Notes: a model not told the origin generated them from the letters alone. Shown: positions 40,272 to 51,011, numbered from the stretch's first letter. The stretch: 62,000 nt of DNA from Chiloscyllium plagiosum (GCF_004010195.1 NC_057757.1:4952416-5014415); one strand, 5' to 3'. A program made the numbers and translations.

Positions 40272-40312
40272 GGGTGACAGAAGATTTGAGAAGCCTGGGC
40301 GTCGAGATGGAG
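40272..40312 (+). CDS. GIGYF1: coding exon 6, RGDRRFEKPGRRDG
   Basis: ttttccacag| acceptor, GAG|gtatgg donor, 41 nt; phases fit both neighbours. Confidence 0.95.
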
Positions 40313-40486
40313 GTATGGTTTGAGCTTTAGTGGAAATAAGATTCATTTTGCGTCCTCTCTGGACCCCAGAGTGATTGAGACTACATTTTTACAAATTGCT
40401 AAGAAACTTTATGCACTCATCAGTTATTAGGCAAACTCACTTTCAGAATAATCCGGATGGATCAACATAGAGTCATAGAGATGTAC

Positions 40487-40843
40487 AGCATGGAAACAAA
40501 CCCTTCGGTCCAACCCATCCATGCTGACCAGATATCCCAATCCAATCTATTCCCACCTGCCAGCACTCTGTCCATATCCCTGCAAACCCTTCCTATTCAT
40601 ATACCCATCCAAATGCCTCTTAAATGTTGCAATTGTACCAGCCTCCACCACTTCCTCTGGCAGCTCATTCCATACACATACCACCCTGTGTGTGAAAACG
40701 TTGCCCCTTAGGTCTCTTTTATATCTTTCCCCTCTAACCCTAAAGCTATGCTGTCTGGTTCTGAACTTTCCCACCTCAGGGAAAAGACTTTGCCTATTTA
40801 TCCTATCCATGCCCCTCATAATTTTGTAAACCTCTATAAGGTG
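40487..40843 (-). mobile_element. young CR1/HER1-type LINE 3' end
   Basis: ORF 40547..40888 (LIEVYKIMRGMDRINRQSLFP...WNELPE). Confidence 0.92.
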
Positions 40844-41009
40844 AAATTTCGGTGCTAAAGTTAAATGCAGACCCTTTTGGCTGAGCAAGTTATAAGTCTG
40901 GCTGGGCAGGTTGAAAGTCTGACTTTATCATCTTTCTTTCTCCTCCCTCCCAACATTTTTTCTCCTCCTCCTCCTCCTCCTTCCTTTTTCTCCTCCTCTT
41001 TCCTTTAAG

Positions 41010-41183
41010 TACGGGTAGGGTTTGAGGAAGTAGCTCCCACGTCACGCAAACAGGATTTTGCACGTTCTGACAGCGAGAACTGGCGAGCCATTCGAGAAGA
41101 ACAAAACGGTGAAGAGGAAGACGGAGGCTGGAGGACAGCCGGAGCAAGAAGAGAAGGCGAGAGGTGGCGGCCCCCAAGTCCAG
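41010..41183 (+). CDS. GIGYF1: coding exon 7, VRVGFEEVAPTSRKQDFARSDSENWRAIREEQNGEEEDGGWRTAGARREGERWRPPSP
   Basis: ~80 nt pyrimidine tract then tttaag| acceptor; CAG|gtacca donor. An in-frame alternative acceptor would start the exon at 41019. Confidence 0.93.
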
Positions 41184-41796
41184 GTACCACAGAAGACCCA
41201 TTTCCAACTTGTGCCAGATAGTTTTAGAGTATCTTTTGCAGTGTTTGATGTAGCAGGGGGGCATTTATAGCAGGATTTGCTGTCGAATTAAGGACTAGGA
41301 TGGACAGAGGGCTCTAATTATAGGTCATAAGTTCAGGGTAAGGAACAAGTAAAAACATCTGGCCATTATATTTCCTAAAGGCAGTCATTAGGAAGATGTA
41401 CAGACCAGGTGCTTAACTGGCATAGCTGAAACATTGTTGAAATAATAATTGGGGGAGGCAATGACCTATGTAACCACATTTTAAGAATGGTGATTGACAA
41501 AGGCTTCACTGGAGGATTTGAAAGTGATTAAAACTAGTAAAGTGAAGACATTTAAAATGCCTTTGATGGAAGCACAGTGCTAAGAATTATGAAGGCAAAC
41601 TTGAATGGAAAAGAGCTGGTTAAACTGCTTTGAATTTAAAATTACCTGGAGAGTAAAGACAATAGAAAATTTGAAGTGCAGTAGCAACAAAGGAAAAGCT
41701 GCAAAGGTTTGAAGTCACTGACTTTTCTATGCAGGGAATCATGGTGGCAAAGATGTGGAATTGGCTATTATTTGTTAACTGTATCCGTTAGTTATA

Positions 41797-41985
41797 CAGA
41801 ATTTCCCCCATATCTGCGGGTTATACGTTCCAAACCGTGGTTAGTAGTGAATCCTATCATCTACCTCCCTGGCAGCCCCATGGTCCCTGGTTATGGAATG
41901 TTCCATGTTACTATTTTCAGGCTGCGGTAAATGGCACATAACTGAAACCATAGAAGCCAATTCTGCGGATATGGGGGCTCCACTG
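41797..41985. mobile_element. Tc1/mariner (Tigger-like) MITE remnant
   Basis: Imperfect TIRs cagaatttccccatatctgc / gcggatatgggggctccactg, flanked by TA and TG. Confidence 0.55.
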
Positions 41986-43123
41986 TGTGTTGGGGCAGTT
42001 ACAGCTTCAAGATAGGATAGCATAATAAAGTCATCAGTCTGTGCAGTAGGTTTAAATAACCTTGGAATGAATTAAAGTACATGAAAAAAGAATAGGCACC
42101 TATGTTCTCGGCGCAGTGATAGGTACACCGCATCTGTAACAAAAGTGGATAGTACTGGAGCCTGACAGAGGATTTTTGAAATTGTTGGAACCGTAGAGAG
42201 TCAGTTTTCCAGAACTGATTTGCATAGCATTGAAAGTTTGTGGCTTTATGATGGGAAGCCATACCTGAATAAAGAGCATATTTGATTATATAGCTAATGC
42301 CATGTCTGGGGTAAGAATGCAAGCATGTCTAACTTGCAAGTCTTCTGATTAGGTGCCTCATGGAACTCTTTCCTCCCGGGAAGTTGCCCGATGATGTATT
42401 GGCACAAAGAAGGAATGAATCATGACTGGATAATCGGAAACATAAAGGTCCCTGTAAACTTGCAGGTTTTAGGTTTTTTGTTAAATGGAGAATATGACCA
42501 ACATTGGGAAGAAAAAAACAGCTTTTATTGCTCCTGAGAATGTGACTGAGCTTCAGCCCTGTGCTGCTGCAGTCCATGGTGCTGTTGGGAGGGAGTTCGA
42601 GTTCTAAGTTGCTTAATGACCCAGCAACAGTAAAGGAACCAGTGGATTTAGTTCCAAATCAGGGTAGTGTCAAACTTTCAAGATGGAGTTACAGGTTGGA
42701 AGATCCCAAAGAAAGTTAATGTGAGGAGTTCATTTGGTTGGATGCCCAGAAGAAATTAGCTCTTCTCCATCCAGCACTATCACTTGTTGTCATACGGTTT
42801 GAAATCTAACTTTGAAGTTACTTCAAAGGGGAGGTGTTTTGTAGGTGCATCAGATCCTTCTATCTTGGGTAATGTTCAGAAGAAGGGCAAGCTTTTCAAC
42901 TTTGTAAAGCATTCTATATGTAAAAGTTTATAAACCCACTCTGGGATTTGACGGGACAAACTCAAAGATTTTTCTGTCTTGAATTCTACTGCGCCAACTG
43001 TAATGCTAGAGACTGGCACTAAATACCATGAGATCTTGCAGTGCTTTTCAATTGAGAGGCTGATATATGTCCTTACCATTGTGTGTGTCCGTCCCCATTC
43101 TCAACCTTATCCGCTTATTGCAG

Positions 43124-43341
43124 ATGGTCCTCGCTCGGCAGGCTGGAGGGACCATGCTGATCGGCGGCGAAGGTTTGACTTTGACTTCCGGGAGCGAGAT
43201 GAGGAGCGTACCTACAGAAGGGGAAGGACTGGTAGTGGAAGCTACGAGGATGAGAAGGATAATTTACCTGAGTGGTGCCTAGAAGATGCAGAAGAGGAAA
43301 TGGGGACGTTTGATTCATCTGGGGCTTTCATGTCATTAAAG
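43124..43341 (+). CDS. GIGYF1: coding exon 8, DGPRSAGWRDHADRRRRFDFDFRE...DNLPEWCLEDAEEEMGTFDSSGAFMSLK; contains the DDX6/Me31B-binding motif (LPEW...FDSSGAF)
   Basis: ttgcag| acceptor, AAG|gtacag donor, 218 nt; lies inside ORF 42979..43422. Confidence 0.97.
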
Positions 43342-44898
43342 GTACAGAATGTTTGGCTGTTGAAGTGGGATGGCAGAGGAATGAGTGACCGTTGCAGATG
43401 TTTCTCTGTACATGTGCTGTAGGCAATATTTTCTCAACCCTCCAGGGTTTGAATAGATAAATGCAATTAATTCTGTTGAATGACACCTCCGCACCCCTCC
43501 CTCGAAATCTGGTGGCCCTGACTTTTGCTGGTGTGTTTTCCTACGGGTGCTCCAAGTTTTTTGATTCATTCAGAGTGCGGGCTTTGGATTTATTGCCCAT
43601 CCCCCTCAGAGTCAACCATATTGCTGTGGCCTTAAGTAAAATTGAGAGATTAGGTAAGGGTGGCAGATTTTCTTCCTCACGTCACAGCTGAATCTTTACG
43701 CCAATTCACCAATCATCATTAGACTCTTAATTCTCAATTTCTATTGAATTTAATTCCACAATGGCAGATATTAGGATTTTGGGCCCAGGACCCAGAGCAT
43801 TACCTAGGTCATTTTTCAATTCCAAATTTATTAATTGAATTTAATTTCTGTCACTGGTCTTTGCACTAGTGCATTAAGCAGCTTGGACTTTCGATTTGCT
43901 TGTATAGTGATATTGCCACTATGCTGTTATCTCCTAGTGGCTTGTCCAAGCAATTCCAGGTGGATAGAAATTAATAGACTGATCACTGTTTTGCCATCAC
44001 ACATTTTTATATGTGTGCACAGGAGCCCTAGTTAATTCACACACCTTTAACCTTCTCTTGTACAGTGCTAACTGTCAGTGTCTTGAGCTGAGATGAGCTA
44101 ACTCCAGTGCAGTTTGAATGTCAAAAGGGACATTTGGTTTTTCGGTGAGAGGGCAGAAAGTTACCATATTGCTAGTGGGGCTAATAGGATTTAATTATAA
44201 GGATAGGTTGCGTCTGATCAGATGCCCAAGGATCTCTTACTCCTAATTCATAAGCCTATGGACTGTTTGTATTCCTTTAGATTGAGAAAAATGAGATGTT
44301 TATAATTGGAATTGATTGGGTTTATGGGGAGGAAGCTATTTTCTTCGTTGGGAGGAGTCCAGAGGAAGGGAGGACAGAATCATCAGAATAGAGCATTCGG
44401 AGTGATGGCAGGAATCATTTCCTCGTTTGAAAGGGAAATATGAAAGTCTTCCCCGAAAGGTTGTCTCGGAGTCATATGAAAATCTCAGGACTAAGGAATT
44501 ACATTCGGCAAGGATATTCGGTATTGCAGAACCCGTCCATTTGGATAGAGTTAAAATGCAGATCAGAGGAGCCGAATGGCCTCATATTTGTCAGGCTCTG
44601 TGATGCTCTGAGTAAAGCATTAATAAAACTCTCATTATTTTGCAGACTAGTTGAGGCGAGTAGCATTAGTGCATTTAAACAGAAGCTAGTGAACATACAT
44701 GAAGAAAGGAAACGTGAGATGTGTTAAGGTAGAAGAGGTCCATGTTCAGCGCAGACACCAGCTCAGACTCACTGGGCCTAATGACCTGTTTCTGTCATGT
44801 AATTGCTATTTAATGTAGTTTTTGCAGCTTTCTGCAAAGCACCCATCCGGTTTCTTGTGCTGTTTTCCTAGCTAATTCTTAATTGCTGTGTTAAACAG

Positions 44899-45034
44899 AA
44901 AGGTTCCAAAGAACCAATTCCTGAAGAGCAGGAACTTGAATTTCGAGGAGTAGATGAATTGGATGAACGACCAGAAAATGAATATGATATGGAATTCTAT
45001 AAAGAACCTGATAGAACAGAAAACGAGGATGCAG
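44899..45034 (+). CDS. GIGYF1: coding exon 9, KGSKEPIPEEQELEFRGVDELDERPENEYDMEFYKEPDRTENEDA
   Basis: ttaaacag| acceptor, CAG|gtaacc donor, 136 nt; conserved KEPIPEEQE word. Confidence 0.93.
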
Positions 45035-45814
45035 GTAACCAGAGTAATACATGCTCATCAGTTCAAGGCATCCAGCATCGTTGTTATAGATAACCGTAAT
45101 TCAATTCGTGCTTAGGATTCTCTCATGCTTCAAGATTTTCTGCAAGCAGCCCCTTACAACAGTATTTTTTTCCCCATTTTCCCTTGGCCCTGCTCCTCAC
45201 TTGTGAACCAAATGCAGCCACTTAACAGCAGAGTTGAGGGGGGGAAGCATGGAGACGTTGGAGATAAATGTCTGTCTCTCACACCCGCTGAGGATGGTGT
45301 TGATGCAGATAGAACAGCACTGGAACAGCTCCGGTAACCAAGTGAGCAGTAAATATATTGGTTTACAGCAAGGTGCCTGCACTGCCGGGACAATCATCTT
45401 TGTCCAGCAAACAGAAAGAATGAATTCGTGCTCCAAATTAGTGTTGGAAGTGTGCTGAGGGCACCAAGTGGCAGTACAGGGAATAGATTTCCTGTGCCCT
45501 GAACCTTGGAAATCGTCCAGTCTTTTGATGTAATCGCCATCATGAGGATTTTGTCCATTTTTTTTTTAACATCCTTTTCGCCAGCCCCCATGTCCACCAC
45601 CCTCCTAGCAATCTCTCCATGATCTAGTTTCCTGTGCACATGCATTGTTTTTGGAAGGGAGGAATTTTTGACCTGGCACCTTCTCCAAATGATCAAGTGG
45701 GTGAGATGAGATGGTAATGGCAGGCCAATTGATTGCAGAGAGTGTAACGGTTGACCTGTCTTAACCCCTGGTGTGCATCTTTCAGCAGAAGTCACACTAC
45801 AGCTCATTCATGAC

Positions 45815-46345
45815 TTGGAGTCATAGCATCATACAACACGGAAGTAGAACCTTCGCTAAGTCAGCCATGCCATCCCAGGTTTCCCAAACTGGATTGGTTC
45901 CAATTGCCTGCATTTGGCCCATATCCCTCTAAACATTTCCTATCCATGTACCTGTCCAAATATCTTTTAAATGTTGTAATTGTACCCACCTCGCCCACTT
46001 CCTCTGGTAGCTCATTCAATAAATGCACCACCCCTCTATGTGAAGAAGTTGTCCCTTCGGTCCCTTTTTAAATCTTTTCCCTCTACCTTAAACCTATGCA
46101 TTCTAGTTTTGGACTCCCCTACCCTGGAGCGGGGGAAACCTTATCCATACCCCTCATGATTTTATAACTCTCTATAAGATCACCCCTCAACATCCTGCAG
46201 GGAGGAAAGTCCCCGCCTATTCAGCCTCTCCTTATTTCCAGTCTCGAAAACATCTTTGAAAGTATTTTATGCACCCTTTCCAGTTCAGTAACATCCTTTC
46301 TGTAGCTGGGCAACCAGAATTGTACACGTTATTCCAGATGTGGAT
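45815..46345 (-). mobile_element. CR1-type LINE 3' fragment
   Basis: Co-linear with 14480-15030 (ggcccatatccctctaaac...accagaattgtacac). Confidence 0.88.
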
Positions 46346-46360
46346 AGCTAGTAGGGGCAG

Positions 46361-46876
46361 GAGAAAGTGAGGACTGCAGATGCTGGAGATCAGAGCTGAA
46401 AAATGTGTTGCTGGAAAAGCGCAGTAGGTCAGGCAGCATCAAAGGAGCAGGAGAATCGACATTTCGGGCATAAGCCCCTTCAGGAATGAGGAAGGTGTGC
46501 CAAGCAGGCTAAGATAAAAGATGGGGGGAGGGGCGTTGGGAATGCGATAGGTGGAAGGAGGTTGATAGGCCGGAGAGGTCGGGAAGAAGATTGCAGGTAA
46601 AGAAGGCGGTGCTGAGTCCGAGGGTTGGGACTGAGATAAGGTGGATGGAGGGGAAAGGAGGAAGCTGGAGAAATCTGCATTCATCCCTTGTGGTTGGAAG
46701 GTGAAAGATGAGGCGCTCTTCCTCCAGGCGTCATGTTGCCATGGTCTGGCGATGGAGGAGGCCAAGGACCTGCATGTCCTTGGCGGAGTGGGCGGGGGTG
46801 TTGGTGTTCAGCCACAGGGCGGTTGGGTTGGTTGGTGCGTGTGTCACAGAGGTGTTCTCTGAAACGTTCCGCAGAG
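46361..46876 (-). mobile_element. Penelope-like element (family A), 5'-truncated, non-palindromic
   Basis: Family-A terminus plus GIY-YIG C-terminal remnant (QPQGMNADFS; SAKDMQVLGLLH). TSD agct(a/c)gtagggg(c/t)ag at 46346-46360 and 46877-46891. Confidence 0.88.
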
Positions 46877-46894
46877 AGCTCGTAGGGGTAGCTA

Positions 46895-47300
46895 AACTGG
46901 AATGAGTGCAGAAGAAATTTATTTGGATGTTGCCTGGACTCTGGTCTGAGTTATAGGGAGAGGTTGGACAAGCTGGGACGTTTTTTCTGTAGAGCATAGG
47001 AGACTGAGGGGGGACCTTTTATAGAGGTGTATAAGATCATGAGAGGCATGGATGGGGTGAATATACTGTCTTTTTCTCAGCATTGGGGAATCAAGAGTGA
47101 GAGGGGAAATAATAAAAGGGAACCTGAGGGGCAACATATTTTACACAGAGTGGTATGCATATGGAATAATTTGCCAGAGAAAGTGGTTGAGATGGATACA
47201 CCATCAACGTTTAAAAAGGCATTTGGACAAATATGTGGATAGGAAAGGATTAGAAGGGTATGGGCCAAGTGCAGGGAAGTGGGGTTGGTGTGGGTGGACA
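46895..47300 (+). mobile_element. CR1-type LINE 3' fragment
   Basis: ORF 47027..47242 (YKIMRGMDGVN...RVVCIWNNLPEKVVE). Confidence 0.88.
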
Positions 47301-47519
47301 TTTTGGTTAGCAAGGACCAGGCTGTAGGACTCCATGACTCTAGTCCAGTTATAATATTGCTTTTGCTGTCTGCCTCATACATTTATCCCTGTCTGAAATT
47401 GATTAATGTTCAAAGGCTGGCCAAGGTAGTGTTTTTTTTCTCCTTCTCCTCTTCAAGTTTAATCTATGTGCCCACTGTCCTTCAAGGGTTTTGCTCCTGA
47501 ATAACCTCTTCCTTCACAG

Positions 47520-47717
47520 CAGACAAGACCGATCTACCAGCTGAGATTTACAATGGCAAAGTCTCGCCATCGTGCTCATCATCCTCTCCCTCAGAGTCAC
47601 AGGCCCAGGAAGTGTTTCTCGCAGTACCAGAAGAGTGTGAACCCACTGTGCACAGGGCAGAACCTGATATGTCAGACTCTGCATCAGATGCTCAGGGACA
47701 GAGCAAACCTGCCGATG
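47520..47717 (+). CDS. GIGYF1: coding exon 10, (A)DKTDLPAEIYNGKVSPSCSSSSPSESQAQEV...GQSKPAD, disordered linker
   Basis: ccttcacag|cag| tandem acceptor (47520 or 47523), ATG|gtatga donor; open frame, phase 1-1, S/E/P-rich. Confidence 0.85.
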
Positions 47718-49633
47718 GTATGAAATTCTAATAATGACTAATTGTTATCGAAGTCAGTGGAAGGGTAACCTGAGGTGCTTGACACTTACGTAATCAGTGT
47801 GGAAATGTGCCGTCCTGTAACAATGTCAAACTGTGTGCCCTCACCATCGAACATTTCTTCCTTCAGATTTTAATAATATATTTTCAGCTTCTGCTGTTAT
47901 CAACTAAATCTGGTTGATGCAACAAAAGAATGCAAAAATTAATGAGTCTCTTCCTCCCCCCCTCTTTCCCCCCCCCCCCCCCAAAAAACCATGTGTGCAT
48001 TAATTGCTGTTGAAAATCCGTATTAGAATACATATTGTTTATAATGCTATTTCTCTAAGCTGCATGGTTGGATGGCTCCACAGCATTCAGCAACAGACAG
48101 GCCTTGCGCAGTTCTGTTTTAAAATGCATGCAGCAGCCATCTTGAGGGCACCACATAGTGCAGCACAGAGTCAGCAGAAGGATTGGAGGGAATTTTGTAC
48201 TTTGCGCCTGATTTTGCACATGTTTAATACATTTAAAAACATATCCAGTCACTTCACCAAGGACCACCATTCCTTTTCCCTTTTGGCTGCTCCCAGTTTC
48301 CCCCGCTGGCACTCCTTTTCCCTGTCACATTGACAAACCGTGAAATGCTTGGCAGCTTTTCAGTCTTACCGATTTGTCAAAATATTAAACTGATTCTGGG
48401 CAGGGCACTGGCATCTTGAGTATGCGGGAGGTCCCAGCCAAGCACAACATGCATGCGCACACCACACACATTTTCCTAATGTTGAGTATTTTGTCACAAT
48501 AGCAAGAGCTGTGAAACTTCCACAGGCCCCTTCCCCATTTCCTGAGGAAGAGCTGATAATATAGTGTCCTAACAAGAAACCAGTCAAATGTTAAAAGATT
48601 AGTCATCTGTTTAATATAATGTAAACATTCTGTATTGCTATATAGAGAGCCAGCACAGACTAGATGGCTTCCTTTGCTCCTCTGGTTCAGTGCTGTGACT
48701 TAATGTTTTTTTTAAATGTTTTGGGCTTACCTACCCACAGATGTGGACCATTGAGCAAATCAGCATGGTCTTGTAAATGCTTAGATGGTATTGGCATATT
48801 TCGAACAGTCCCTGCTGTGATGGTTACCTAGAGAGGAACACTTGCATTTATTGTCGTGCACAGCCGCAGTTGTTTTAAGCATTTCAAACCCAATGAAATA
48901 TTTTGTCTAAAGTAGTCACTGGTGTAATGGGAAACATCCCTGCAGTGATGAAATGGCAGGTTGGTTGTTTTGACGGTGTTTAAGTAAGAAAGGTTGGTCA
49001 GGGTACACATAGAACCTCTATCTCCTGTTCAGAATGGAGCTTTGGAACATTTAACATCCACTACTTCTGAGGTACATTATATATGTGTAGATGTTGACCT
49101 CCGCATTCAGCTAAGAATTCCTTGGTTTTAATGTACAGCATGCAAGAGTTGTTTCCTGATTTTTTTGCCCCAGTTATCCTGAATTTTCCATGTTCCTTGT
49201 GCCTGTTTTGAGAGTGGAGTTGGTAGGAACAATCTGCTGATTTTTTTTTTATTATAATATCTCAAGAATATTCTCATTTAAACTGTCAAGAAATAGCACA
49301 GGACAGCTGTTCTCTGCTGCATTCAGAACTATGGCACTATCAGTATTGGTAGTTGTCAAGGGCTGGCTTTAATTTCTCAACCCTCTCAAAAATATTCATG
49401 TATGTAATTATTGCCTAAAATATTGGTCACAAAGACTCAATCCGTTGGCATTCACTGCAGTGCAACACTCCCTCAGTACAACAGTGCAGTGTCAGCTTAG
49501 CTGGGTGGGCCAATTAAAAAGGAAACTGCCTGCATTTATATCGCAACTTCTGTGATCACTTGATGGCATTTTCAGCCGATAGCTACTATAACCAGCCCAG
49601 TCCTGGAATGCAGCACAGCCCTAGGGTTATAAA

Positions 49634-49845
49634 GGAGAAAGTGAGGTCTGCAGATGCTGGAGATCAGAGATGGAAATGTGTTGCTGGAAAAGCGCAGCAG
49701 GTCAGGCAGCATCTAGGGAACAGGAGAATTGACGTTTCGGGCATTAGCCCTTCTTCCTGAAGAAGGGCTATTGCCCAAAACGTCGATTCTCCTGTTCCCT
49801 AGATGCTGCCTGACCTGCTGCGCTTTTCCAGCAACACATTTCCAT
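49634..49845. mobile_element. palindromic Penelope-derived mini-element (family A), copy 4
   Basis: ~88 bp arms. Perfect 15-bp TSD ccctagggttataaa at 49619-49633 and 49846-49860. Confidence 0.92.
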
Positions 49846-50102
49846 CCCTAGGGTTATAAACCCTAGTTTATACTCTGGTATAGTTTCTCCCTGCAAACCT
49901 GTTGTCCATCCTCTGTTCTGAAGAAACTTTTTCTCCTTTTAAGTTTCCAGTTTGTAAAATATTTTAATTAATAATTTTAGTAAATTGCTGCACTTGTTGA
50001 AGAGGATGATTGCTGGACTGGATGGAACTGCATGGAAGTTGTTAGGAGTTTTCATGAAAGCATAAAATATAGTGCAGAAAGGGGACTGGTAAGCCATTAA
50101 AT

Positions 50103-50428
50103 GGGTGGCACGGTGGCTCAGTGGTTAGAACTGCTGCCTCACAGCACCAGGGTACCAGTTCAATTCCAGCCTCGGGTGACTGTCTGCGTGGAGTTTGTAC
50201 ATTCTCCCCGTGTTGCATGGGTTTCTTCTGGGTGCTCCAGTTTTCTCCCACAGTCCAAAGATGTGCCGGTCAAGTGAATTGGCCATTCTAAACTGCCCAC
50301 AGTGTTGGGTGCATTAGTCAGAGGGGAAATGAGTCTGGGTGGGTTACTCTTCGGAGGGTCAGTGTGGACTGATTGGGCCAAAGGGCCTGTTTCCACACTG
50401 TAGGGAATCTAATCAAATATAATCTAAA
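50103..50428 (+). mobile_element. HE1-type V-SINE
   Basis: Same head, V-domain and tail as 19038-19338. Confidence 0.92.
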
Positions 50429-50853
50429 TATGCACACACTATTTGGATGCAATCTAGTTAACGTTACTCGCCTACTCTTTCCCTACATCTGAACAACTTC
50501 TAAAATGTTTTCTTTTAAATGTGGCTCTGCCAGCACAATCTTGAACCAGCTATAGGAAGTGAATAAGAATGGCTGTGCTGACTGGCCCTTCTTTATTGAG
50601 GTGCAGAAAAATTTAGAAATGACAGGAAATACATAAGACTGGTAGCAGCTAGAAAGGGCATTTCAGTTGTGAGCTGTTAAAAGTGGAACAAACTAAGACA
50701 AATCCAGACCATTTATTTATTGTCTTTCAGGTGCATTTTTAGACCTATAACTGCTATTTCTCTTCCCTCTTCCTTATGCTTTGGGGGAATAAATTGTCCT
50801 GAGTCCTGACCTTTTGTTTTCTCTCTCTCGGTCATGTTTTGCTTCCCATGCAG

Positions 50854-51011
50854 AAGCTGTGAATCTGGGCCAACCTGCTCAGCTAAGCCCTGCAACAGTG
50901 TCCACATTATCCTCGTCCTCGCCTTCTTCCTCTCCTCCCTATCCCAGCACCGTTGCCGAATTCGCACCAGTGGACAACGATGACGACGATGGGATGAAAC
51001 GTTTTGAACAG
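50854..51011 (+). CDS. GIGYF1: coding exon 11, EAVNLGQPAQLSPATVSTLSSSSPSSSPPYPSTVAEFAPVDNDDDDGMKRFEQ
   Basis: cccatgcag| acceptor, CAG|gtgagg donor; DDDGMKRFEQ corresponds to human DDEGLKHLQQ. Confidence 0.92.

Noticed and set aside
43174..43188. FDFDF as a novel extra DDX6-binding FDF motif
   Set aside because: Human GIGYF2 has FEFDF at the same place as I recall, so it is not lineage-specific.
47955..47990. Poly-C runs (also near 53567-53578) as G-quadruplex or regulatory elements
   Set aside because: Simple homopolymers prone to slippage or sequencing error, with no supporting context.
48741..48787. Possible extra exon after cccacag| in intron 10
   Set aside because: In-frame TGA after four codons, weak donors, and the protein aligns without it.
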